NCBI GenBank assembly: GCA_903831305.1
Contig: CAIKXE010000005.1
Location: 11,288 to 75,287, forward strand
From: an uncultured bacterium
GTDB taxonomy: Bacteria; Patescibacteriota; Minisyncoccia; Phycocordibacterales; GWA1-40-21
DNA: 64,000 nt
Direction: 5' to 3'
Below the pieces are notes generated by a model. The model saw only the letters and a list, made by a program, of their open reading frames with translations. It was not told the DNA's origin and searched no databases. The position numbers and the translations under genes were made by a program. Every line of letters begins with the position of its first letter. Within the stretch, counting starts at the first letter, position 1. Of this stretch, positions 37,949-47,800 are shown piece after piece.

Positions 37949-38860
37949 TTATTGCTTTTGTGATATAAGGGTAACAGCTTTGGTAATAAAAGGCAATATA
38001 TCACCATAAGTCTTCAAATCAGCGAGCTCGGTCAATTTGAACCAGCGGGCATCATCCAAGCCACCACTATCCTTTTCCAATACCAGATCCTGATAAGGGG
38101 CCTTGGCCAAAAAATATACCACTTGCTTACGTAACTTGCCTTTTTCCGGATTATTGGCCACGTACTCATTACGACCTATCTCATCTAGCACCTCTACCTC
38201 CAGGCCGATCTCCTCTTTAATCTCCCTCCTGGTTCCTTCTATTTCACTTTCACCCGCTTCAAGCCCACCTTTAGACAGAGTCCAATAACCAAAAATATCA
38301 TGGACGAGAGCCAAGTAAAAGTTACCATCACTCTCCGCATAGACCACGCCACCGCCAAGCTTTTCCACCGGCATCTCTTCATATGGAATATCCACTATTA
38401 CTTTTTTCTTTTTCTTGGAAACGGCATTCTTATCTGGCTCACCGAGCTCTTTGTAGACCGAGCCTAGGACACCGTTTACAAACTTACTGCTTTTCTCACC
38501 ACCATAGTTTTTAGACAGCTCAATAGCCTCATTGATAGCCACCTTGGCTGGCACCTCAGCTGAATCAGAAAAAAGAAGCTCAAAAAGGCCGATACGCAAA
38601 ATATTTCTATCAATCATGGAGATCTTGTTGAGCGGCCAGTCTGGAGCGGCTTTGACAATCACTAGATCCAGCTCACTTTTTTTACTTAAAACACCTTGGA
38701 GGAGAGTCCGCACAAAAGCCAAATCCACGACATCATTGGCAAACTCTAAAGCATTACGCTCAATGATTTCCTCCGGAACCTCTAACTCAGAATACTCTCG
38801 AAAATCAAGTTCGAAGAGTGACTGAAGGACTATGGATCTTGCAATGTGCCTATTTGCCAT
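37949..38860 (-). CDS. nusB: NusB (transcription antitermination factor) fused to a C-terminal Nudix hydrolase domain
   Basis: Residues 1-~147 are NusB-like (ARSIVLQSLFELDF...VNGVLGSVYKELG). A Lys-rich linker follows, then a Nudix fold with a perfect Nudix box GGLEAGESEIEGTRREIKEEIGL (Gx5Ex7REUxEExGU). Confidence 0.7.
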   Translation of the reverse strand: MANRHIARSIVLQSLFELDFREYSELEVPEEIIERNALEFANDVVDLAFVRTLLQGVLSKKSELDLVIVKAAPDWPLNKISMIDRNILRIGLFELLFSDSAEVPAKVAINEAIELSKNYGGEKSSKFVNGVLGSVYKELGEPDKNAVSKKKKKVIVDIPYEEMPVEKLGGGVVYAESDGNFYLALVHDIFGYWTLSKGGLEAGESEIEGTRREIKEEIGLEVEVLDEIGRNEYVANNPEKGKLRKQVVYFLAKAPYQDLVLEKDSGGLDDARWFKLTELADLKTYGDILPFITKAVTLISQKQ

Positions 38861-38954
38861 TTAAATAACTTTAAATTATTAACTGGTACTAGTATACACC
38901 AAATAAAGTTGCGAAGCAAACCACCTAATTAAATAATCCGGGCTTTATTTCTAT

Positions 38955-38990
38955 TAAAAAATCTCACAATAGGCTGTGAGATCTTTTATT
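38955..38990. terminator. Intrinsic terminator hairpin downstream of rpmF
   Basis: aaaaaATCTCACA-ataggc-TGTGAGATcttttattt. Confidence 0.55.
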
Positions 38991-39216
38991 TAGCTTCGGC
39001 TTTGGACTGCGCTTTGAGTTTCTTCTCTTTCTTGACGGTTTTAGCCAGGACATCCACCACCACTCGGCCGTTATACTTACCACAATTAGCACAGACTTTA
39101 TGACTGATCCTCTTAGCTTTACAATCTGGGCAGACGGAAAGAGTCTGAGCAGTCAGAGCGTGATGTGATCTGGTCATTCCCACTCGGGAACGATTATGTC
39201 TCATATGATTTACCAT
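38986..39216 (-). CDS. rpmF: 50S ribosomal protein L32 (zinc-ribbon type)
   Basis: RSRVGMTRSHHALTA...CPDCKAKRISHKVCANCGKYNGR. Confidence 0.85.
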   Translation of the reverse strand: MVNHMRHNRSRVGMTRSHHALTAQTLSVCPDCKAKRISHKVCANCGKYNGRVVVDVLAKTVKKEKKLKAQSKAEAK

Positions 39217-39240
39217 GGCTGATATATTAGCCTATTTATT

Positions 39241-39289
39241 AAAAAAAAGCAAGACAAAAAAACAAGAGCCACCGCGCGGGCGGTGGCTC
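39241..39289 (-). terminator. Strong intrinsic terminator downstream of the first Nudix-like gene
   Basis: GAGCCACCGC-gcgg-GCGGTGGCTC with an A-run on plus (T-run on minus) at 39241-39265. Confidence 0.7.
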
Positions 39290-39296
39290 AGACAAA

Positions 39297-39818
39297 CTAG
39301 TAGGCCAAAGAAAGGCAGTCACTGACCAAGGCCGGGAAGGCCTTATAGAAGTCCCCGCCGGTGGCCTTGTCCGTCGCCATATCCACGATGATATGACCCA
39401 GAGCCGTGAGCTGAGCCGGATACAGGTCCAAGACAAACTCCTCAAGCGGGACCCAATCACAGACCAGACTATCGCTTTTACTTAGGCCGTGGCCGAGCTT
39501 CACCGTCTCCTTGGGAAACTGCCCGGGGTCAGGCAGGCTTACCCTAAGAACGAGGTAGAAATACCGCTGGTGCCCACCGTGGAGGATCACCTGGTGACAA
39601 AGCCTGGACTCCAGGATGGTCGCCCCAGACTTAAGGGCCACTTCTCGCTGTAGAGTCTCCTTGGGTACTTCCCCTCGGCCATGCCTACCACAGATGGAAT
39701 TACCTCCCAAAAACCGGTAATTCGCATAGCGGTGACTGTAGAGGCAGAGCACCTTCATCTGACTCAGGTCCTCCTCCGGCCAATCATGGATCAACCCTGC
39801 CGCATAAAAATCAGACAT
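39297..39818 (-). CDS. Nudix-fold-like protein with a degenerate Nudix box (EE replaced), hypothetical; on a GC-rich island
   Basis: GRHGRGEVPKETLQREVALKSGA fits Gx5Ex7REUx..xG but lacks the EE pair. Shares RYFYL and W(V/L)PLxEF motifs with the next ORF. GC is ~55% versus ~36% in flanks. Confidence 0.45.
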   Translation of the reverse strand: MSDFYAAGLIHDWPEEDLSQMKVLCLYSHRYANYRFLGGNSICGRHGRGEVPKETLQREVALKSGATILESRLCHQVILHGGHQRYFYLVLRVSLPDPGQFPKETVKLGHGLSKSDSLVCDWVPLEEFVLDLYPAQLTALGHIIVDMATDKATGGDFYKAFPALVSDCLSLAY

Positions 39819-39999
39819 TACATCCTTCCTTTCACTTTACCACTTCTTTAAACTGATTTCTCTCCGGAAACCATTACTCTTATCTGTTATTAACTTATAT
39901 TTTTACCTCCTTTTTGTCAATAATTTAGCAAGTTTAAACCGGCCGCTGCTACAGTGTAGTGCGCGCCGGTTTGTGGGTTCATGTGTCGTTTCGTTTGTC

Positions 40000-40572
40000 T
40001 CAGTCTTCGAGACCGAGTTCGCTTGGTTCGGGAAATTCCTCGAGGAGATCTGCAAACTCGATGCAGAACTCTAGGCCAGTTTCCCGATCACTGGCCAGCT
40101 GCGCTAGGACCGCGCCGAAGGCTAGGTGTTGGCCCCTAAAGAGTCGCTTAGCAAACTCTCTCAGGGGAAGCCAGTAACACGAGAGCACCTCAGTGCTCCC
40201 ATTTCCTGGATTCGTTTCCGTAACCTGCCGGGGCGGGGCATCCAGTGCCGGGAGGGCGGAGACCTCCTCCGCGAGGTAGAAATACCTCCGGTGCAGGCCC
40301 CCGGTCCTCCGGTTTGTCCGCTTCTCCACGAGAACGAGACGAGCCGAGATAACCTGTACCCCAGCTTCCGAATTCACCTCCCTCTTCATGGTGAGGTAGT
40401 GGGACTCGTTCCCACCGCTCGACGTGGTCTCGCCCACGCCACCCGGCATCTTCACCTCCTGGTACTTTTCGTCTTGGACACCAAGTACCATGGTGTCCTT
40501 GACCCCCTTTTTGCCACGCATGGCAATAAAGGCGGCGGCAAATGGGGCTTCCTCTTTCAGAATTTCACTCAT
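40000..40572 (-). CDS. Nudix-fold-like protein (divergent Nudix box with insertion), paralog of 39297..39818
   Basis: ESHYLTMKREVNSEAGV matches Ex7REUxxExGU, with a 3-aa insertion in the G-E spacer. RRYFYL and CYWLPLREF are shared with the neighbour. GC-rich. Confidence 0.45.
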   Translation of the reverse strand: MSEILKEEAPFAAAFIAMRGKKGVKDTMVLGVQDEKYQEVKMPGGVGETTSSGGNESHYLTMKREVNSEAGVQVISARLVLVEKRTNRRTGGLHRRYFYLAEEVSALPALDAPPRQVTETNPGNGSTEVLSCYWLPLREFAKRLFRGQHLAFGAVLAQLASDRETGLEFCIEFADLLEEFPEPSELGLED

Positions 40573-40711
40573 AGGACTCTCCTAGTTTTGTGACCTTCAA
40601 ACAATAATAGACACAATGAATTATCATGGGGCTCTTCCACCAGGGAAGGCCTAACTCATATCCTTCACAATTATACACCCAAACATATTATATGTCAAGT
40701 ATATTTAGACC

Positions 40712-41335
40712 TTAAATTAGCTTTTTCAAAAAAGTCTTACGATGCAAGGCTGAAATGCCATACTTTTTGATTGCTTCATAATGCTTTCTGGTACCGTAGC
40801 CCTTATGTTCCTCCAGTCCATAACCAGGATACTTTCGGCTCAGTTTTATCAGCAGATTATCCCGAGTGACTTTGGCCACAATGGAAGCGAGGACAATAGC
40901 CAGCTCTTTCTCATCCCCTTTAATAATAGTTTGCTGATTTTTATATTCTGCTGGCGCTCGTAATCCCCCATCTAATAAAATCTGACAGTCACTTGGTTTA
41001 ATATTTAAACTTTTCAAGCAATTCTTAAGACAATTATTTATCGCAAAAACTATCCCCTTTTTATCTATCACCTTATTGCTTTCCAAACACACCTGGTAAA
41101 TAATATTTCCTTTTTCCTTTTCGCTCTCAATTTTCTCTAGCCATTTTAATCTTTGTTTATGAGAAAGTTTTTTTGAATCCCGAAGCCTCTTTGTCCTGAG
41201 TCTTACAAGAGGACAAAATTCTATATTATTAAACCCCGGCCGAATACCCAAGGCACACACGGCCACCGGCCCCGCTATCGGCCCCCGCCCCACTTCATCT
41301 ATACCTATTTGATATTTAATTTTATTGTTTTTCAT
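40712..41335 (-). CDS. rnhB: Ribonuclease HII
   Basis: IGIDEVGRGPIAGPVAVCA and later catalytic Asp/Glu motifs. The ATG lies 3 nt inside the ORF-track TTG start. Confidence 0.85.
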   Translation of the reverse strand: MKNNKIKYQIGIDEVGRGPIAGPVAVCALGIRPGFNNIEFCPLVRLRTKRLRDSKKLSHKQRLKWLEKIESEKEKGNIIYQVCLESNKVIDKKGIVFAINNCLKNCLKSLNIKPSDCQILLDGGLRAPAEYKNQQTIIKGDEKELAIVLASIVAKVTRDNLLIKLSRKYPGYGLEEHKGYGTRKHYEAIKKYGISALHRKTFLKKLI

Positions 41336-41346
41336 CAACTAAATCA

Positions 41347-41494
41347 CACCACCTCCCCTCGCCGACCTGCTTCGCCGACTCAGCAAGACGAGCTCGGTAC
41401 TCCTCCTAAGAATAGGCGGAGATTAAAACGGAGAGTTCGGCGGGCGGCATCTCCTCCTTATTTAGGAGGAGTGGCATTCTGATGACGAGGTGGT
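41347..41494. ncRNA. GC-rich structured intergenic element (candidate small RNA or 5' leader of rnhB)
   Basis: ~150 nt at ~58% GC in an AT-rich genome. A closing stem CACCACCTC/GAGGTGGT encloses the hairpin CTCCTCC-ttattta-GGAGGAG and a second CUCCUCC tract. No ORF is present. Confidence 0.3.
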
Positions 41495-41495
41495 A

Positions 41496-41867
41496 TTATT
41501 TCTTCCCCCGTCTAAATAACTTCCAAATAATAAAAATAAGAACAATAACACCTAACCCGATACCGATAGTAGAAACAAGCCCGGACTTATACCAAGCGGG
41601 GTGAAGCTGTTTCTCAATACTCATAACATACACCGGATTGACCACCAGCCGGGTGGCCCCACCAGCCGTCACATAATAAGGGACGGTTACGGTTTTACCA
41701 TCAGCGGTGGCGGTCACATCATACTTGAGGGCATCACCTAGTTTAAAAGAAACCTCGCCAGCTTTATTCGTCACTTCCACAGCACTGGATGGAGTGATAG
41801 AGACCCGAGCCCCCTCGGTGGGCTGACCATCAGTATTCAAAACAATCACGGTTAAAATATTTTCCAT
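41496..41867 (-). CDS. Membrane-anchored protein with an N-terminal beta-sandwich (carboxypeptidase-regulatory-like) domain and C-terminal TM
   Basis: ILTVIVLNTDGQPTEGARVSI...VTATADGKTVTVPYYVTAGGATRLVV beta-rich region, then a C-terminal TM GIGLGVIVLIFIIWKLF. Directly upstream of the giant surface-protein gene. Confidence 0.4.
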   Translation of the reverse strand: MENILTVIVLNTDGQPTEGARVSITPSSAVEVTNKAGEVSFKLGDALKYDVTATADGKTVTVPYYVTAGGATRLVVNPVYVMSIEKQLHPAWYKSGLVSTIGIGLGVIVLIFIIWKLFRRGKK

Positions 41868-41893
41868 AATTTTATTATTATATTATAGCATGA

Positions 41894-44800
41894 TTAATAA
41901 ATCTCACCACGTAAACGACGCCAAATAAAGAAAACAAACCAGCCCAAAAATAAGAGCCCCGTAAAATCAATCACATACCACCATTTGCCTAAACCACTAT
42001 TCTCAATCACGACAAATGGAGCGCTCGGTGCCGGTGGATTTTCACTAGGAATAATAGTTACTTCATTTTTATTCTTAATAGGATTTGGCTCCACTGTTTC
42101 TCCTGTCCCTGGTATGACCTTGGCTGGTGTTTCAATATTCTTGGTTGGTGAAATAACATCGGTCCTAGGTACAGTGATTAATACTGGGGCCGGGGCCAAC
42201 GGTATATTTACCACTGGACTGACCGGTACCAAAACCGGCTGGTAACCACGACTACCAGTGGTGTTTGACACTCTAGTGACGGGCAAAGTAGCCGAGGTAT
42301 TATTGACTCCGCTTCGGCCCAAGGCGTTCACCGCACTAATCCTAAAATCATAACTCACATTATTTGTCAGCCCGGTTATAGTAACGGTAGTGACCACGGA
42401 CACCCCATCCGCAAAGATTGTCCACACCGCTGGTTCACTCGTCAGCTTATATTCAATCACATAATCCGTGATATCTAATCCCCCATCATCAGCTGGAGCC
42501 AGCCAAGACAAAACGACACTCGTATTCCCCGCCACCGCCGTTACGCCACTTGGGACATCCGGCACAGAAACCGGTGTCACCGAGTTTGAAGGTGGAGAGG
42601 AAGATAATCCGGTGCCGATAATATTAGTGGCGGTCATGGTGAAGGTATAGGCGGTGCCATTCGTCAGCCCGGTCACTACAATCGGCGTAGTCAGTCCGGT
42701 CCCCGTCAAACCGCCAGGGCTAGAAGTGACAGTATAATTGGTAATAGCGGTTCCACCATTGGAAGCGGGAGCGGTGAATGAAATTGTAGCCTCAGCATTA
42801 CCGGCCACGGCTGAGACCCCTGTTGGTGGATCCGGGAAGGTGGCCACGGCCGTAAAGGATGAAAAAGCATACGATGATTGCGAACCATACAAGACACTGA
42901 TATGAAAATAATATTCCCCCGGAGTCAGTACGGTAGAGGTAGCCGTAAAGTCATAATTTTCATGCGAATCAATAAGTTTGGCATTAGAAGCACCAAAAAC
43001 ATCATTCCCTCCTCCACACAGATTATCCACGGCATCCGTCACACACCAAGTATATTGATATTCATATTCCACCAAACCTTCATTGGTAATTCGAATATTT
43101 GTACCGATACTGGAGTTAGTCAAATCAGGAAAACCTTGAATAAAAACTTGGGCCGGTTCACCAGGCGTGGCACTGACCGAATCACTCACCGTACTAGTAC
43201 CAATAATATTTTTAGCACTGACCCGGAAATCATATGACGTACCGTTAGACAATCCGATCACATTGGCAAACTTATCCACGCTTTCTCCATCATCAAATGC
43301 CACCCAGCTACCGCCCGTCGTCAGCTCATACTCAATAACATAATCTGTAATAGCACTCCCGCCCGTGGAAGCCGGGTCAGACCAAGTCAAATCAATACGG
43401 CTACCTTTTACCACGGCAGCGAGATTAAGGGGGGCGCTAGGCGCCGTTGGCAAAGTGATAGCGGAGGAAGGATCAGAAGCCAGGCCGTCCCCCACATCAT
43501 TTACAGCTATCACGGTGAAAGTATAAGTGCCTCCATTGGTCAGACCAGTCATAATATGAGAAAGACCCGTTGAACTAGCATTAGAATCCGTCCCACCATT
43601 ATTGGAATAAACAGTATAGCCGGTAATGGCACTACCACCAGTGGATAAAGGCGCAGAGAAAGTTACCGTGGCCTGGGCATTACCCGCCACGGCCGTAACT
43701 CCGGTGGCCTTACCCGGCACGGTGGCTGGTGTCACGGGATTTGACGAAGTAGAAACCGGTCCATCACCAGCCACATTGGTCGCTTTCACCGTAAAAGTGT
43801 ACTCAGTACCATTGGTCAGTCCACTGATAATAATCGGCGAGGCACTACCAGTCTGAATAATTGCTTGTGGATCAGAGGTGACCGTATAGCCAGTGATTAT
43901 AGAACCACCGTCAGAAATAGGAGCCGTAAAACCAACCGTCACCTGACCATTGCCGCGTAAAACACTGGTGATGACCGGCTGACCGGGGACAGTCCTTGGC
44001 GTGCTACTTACGGGTGGATCACTTGGTGCTCCTGTCCCCGCGGAGTTATAGGCCGAAACTCGGAAGTCATATAGAGAACCATTTACCAGATCCACAACCG
44101 TAATTGTGATGGCTGGTGAGGCCGGATGACCAAACTGTGTCCAGCTTTCAGCTGTGTGCAGTTTATATTCAATAACATAATTACTAATTTCCGCCCCATT
44201 ATTGGCGGGGGCTGTCCAAGATAAATCTGCCGAGGCATTGCCTGGTGTGGCCGTAAGTCCAGAAGGGATTCCCGGCACTCCCGCCGGCGTCACCGGGCTC
44301 GAAGATACTGAGGTTTCCGAAGTACCCACCACATTGGTGGCCGTCATGGTAAAAGTATAGGGCGTGCCATTGGTCAAACCAGTCACAATGACCGGTGAAG
44401 TACTGCTTGAGCTGACAATTGATTCTGGGTCTGAGGTAACCGTATAATTGATAATTTCACTTCCCCCGTTTGTCGCCGAGTTACTTACATTCTCCTCCCC
44501 CGCCACTGCATAAAATGTCGCCGGTGAGCTTTGGTTATTATATTCGGTTTTAATCCAGTCCGCTGTACGGACAGTATTAGTTATGCGAACTTCATCGATA
44601 ATGCCGTCAAAATATCTCTCAAACGTTGCAACGTCTTGGACTCCGATTTCAAGCTTATGTGTGTGATCAGGAAGACTTCCTGAACGAGGTGTGGTGTCTA
44701 CTAATAGACCATTTTTATACAGACGTGCATTGGTACCATCATAGGTAACAACAAAATATGCTAAAACGTCTTGTGTGAGCTGACCAGCTACTGTAATCCC

Positions 44801-47800
44801 ATTTAAAACCGTGTCATCGACATCATAAACGATGCTCGTGCCAGAAGTTTGTAGCGTGTAGCCTCCGCTAGTACTGTATCCATTTTTTCCAACAATGGTG
44901 TCTCGATTAGACGCAGTGACATCATGTGGGCTTACCCAGGAGCCAAAAGTAAGCGCGGTTCCCGTGACCACTTCAGCATCACCAATGTCTATATATTTAC
45001 TGGATCCATTAAAACTCCCAGCCCCATTAATTTTTCCTGAGCTCGTTGCTGTTACTCCATGATTCGTTCCGTTATTTACACCCGTCGAATCAACCGAATT
45101 GGTCGGATCGGCCAAATGCCAAACACCTTTGAAATAACTACTACCACCATCATCCCACACTTTTTGTGAGCCGTAAGCCGAGCTTGGCGATGGCTCTGAA
45201 GTTGCCGAAGAGTTACCATAATACATATATATATCTGTATTGGCTGAAGTAGAAAGCACTGGCACTTTGACCCACGCCACCAGCGTGCCAGCTGAATATG
45301 ATTCTATTTCTCTAGCTAATTCTGTAGTGCCATTTGAATCCGTAAACCTAATATCGGTACCGTTAGCATTTATATTTGAGAGACCGGTGAGCGACACCAA
45401 AACCGGAAAATTTGTCTGATTAGTATTCGGCACCTTTGTCTTATCAATCGTAATCTTTTTTCGGTAAAGCCAAGCTTGGTTATACCACACCCCAGCAGAG
45501 GAAACGGTAGGATACGGCAGTGGTGTAAAATTCACTGTCACCTGCCGGTCACCACTTACCGCGCTAGTGATAACCGGCTTTCCGGGAATTGTTTTTGGTG
45601 TACTATTTACTAGTGGTGAACTGGGGCTTCCACTACCCACCGCATTTCTGGCCGTAATTCTAAAATCATAAGACGTACCATTGATTAATCCTGAAATTAC
45701 TGTGGCCGTAATCACGGGTGTCTCTGGGTCAGAATAAATCTGCCAGCTGGCCGGTATGTCAGAAGCGCTGGTAAGTTTGTATTCAATAATATAATCCGTA
45801 ATAGCACTGCCACCATTTGAGGCCGGTGCGGACCATAAAACAGACACTTGTCTATCTCCCGCCGTTGGTGTTACGGCTGTTGGCGCTCCAGGTACAGTGG
45901 CGGGTGTAACGCTGTTTGAAGCCGACGATGCTGGTCCCGTACCCATCACATTGGTGGCTGTCACCGTGAAAGTATAAGGGGTACCATTCGTCAGTCCAGT
46001 GACAATAATCGGTGAGGTGGTGCTGGCGCTGGTAAAACCCCCGGGGCTAGAAGTGACCGTATAAGCGGTAATCGCACTTCCCCCATTAGTGGCTGAATTT
46101 GCCACATTTTCTACTCCCGCCACCGCATAAAATGTCCCCGGCGAGCTTTGGTTATTGTATTCAGTTTTAATCCAATCCGCCGAGCGGGCGGTGTTAGATA
46201 TTTTCACTTCGTCGATGGAGCCATTGAAATAATATGAAGCAATACCTCCTATATTTAAATCAGAAGTAGTTCCTGAAAAATTACTTGCTCCGGATTTATT
46301 TGTCCATAAAACTCCATCAAGATAAATATTCATTGAATTATTTATAGAACTTGAAGTAAGAGTATAATAATGCCAGTTATTATCTGCGCAGTTTGAAGGA
46401 TTTGATTTAGATAATCTTCCATTAACAGCTGCATTACCAAAATCCCAATAAGTATTACCATTAGAATAACACGGATGAAAATTCATACGATTATTAAAAT
46501 TATCTGGATTAAGGATTAATGCAGCTTGTTGAGAAGTTTTATTCATCTTTAACCATATACCTATTGTTATTTCTGAAACTGGAGCAACATTTCCAAAGTT
46601 AGATATTTTAACATAATTCCCCGTTCCATTAAAACTCCCAGCCCCAGCGATTTGCCCTGAAGAAGTTGCTGTTACTCCATTATTCGTTCCATTATTCACT
46701 CCAGTGGAATCAGTACTTGTGGAAGCTCCCGCATTTGCCAAATGCCACACGCCTTTAAAATAATTACTCCCGCCATCATCCCAGACTTTTTGTGAACCAT
46801 AAGTCGAGCTGGGTGAAGGTTCTGAAGTTTGTGACGAGTTCCCATAATACATATAAATATCTGTATTGGCCGAAGTGGAAAGTGTAGGTACTTTTACCCA
46901 AGCCACCAGTGTACCCGCCGAATATGATTCTATTTCTCTAGCTAATTCTGTAGTTCCTGTTGAATCAGTAAATCTAATGTCTGTACCGTTAGCGTTTATA
47001 TTTGAGAGACCAGCGAGCGAGACCAAAACCGGGAAATTAGTTTGATTAGTATTCGGCACCTTTGTTTTATCTATTGTTATCTTCTTTCTATACGTCCAAC
47101 TATTGTTATACCACGGTGCAACGGAAGGGCTAGGTAGCAGGGTAAATGACACGCTAGCCTGCGCATTCCCCGCCGTCGCCGTACCAATAGTCGGCGCTCC
47201 CGGAATGGTGGCGGGTGTAGCCGTCACGGTGGCGCTCGCACTACCTTGACCAAGGGCGTTCACCGCGGACACACGGAAGTCATATGAAGTTCCATTGACC
47301 AAACCGATAATCGTAAAAGTGGTGGTGGTAGAAACCCCATCGGCATAAGTACTCCAGGTGGAAGTGGAATTTAATTTATAATCAATCACATAGTCCGTCA
47401 GTGCCAAGCCCCCGGTATTCCCCGGTGCCGTCCACAATAAACCTATTTGTGTATTCCCCGCCGTCGGCGTTAGTCCCGTCGGCGCATCCGGCACCGTCGC
47501 TGCTTCTTCTGTTGCGGATATCGCAAATGTCCCCGGCGAACTTTGATTATTGTATTCTGTCTTTATCCAATCCGCGGATCGGGCAACGCTAGAGATACGG
47601 GATTCATCAACTAGACCCAGAAAATCATAACCATTATTACTCGCGATTCTACCGATTCTTCTATAGTTATTTTTTAAATTTGCACTATTATAAGTTTCAC
47701 TTACTTTAATTACTCCATTAACGTAAAGTACGGAAGAATTTGAAGAATTATATGTCAGAACCACATGTGACCAACTACCTAATGTAGTAACTCCTGAACC

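Noticed and set aside
39239-39460. 73-aa ORF overlapping the Nudix-like gene and its terminator
   Set aside because: It lies entirely within or antisense to the larger gene and the terminator hairpin, and its composition is Arg/Trp-rich, typical of a spurious GC-rich-frame ORF.
41985-47592. Small plus-strand ORFs inside the giant surface-protein gene (for example 42878..43237, 43626..43856)
   Set aside because: Antisense shadow ORFs within a 6.8-kb coding region whose minus-strand frame has a continuous repeated-domain architecture.
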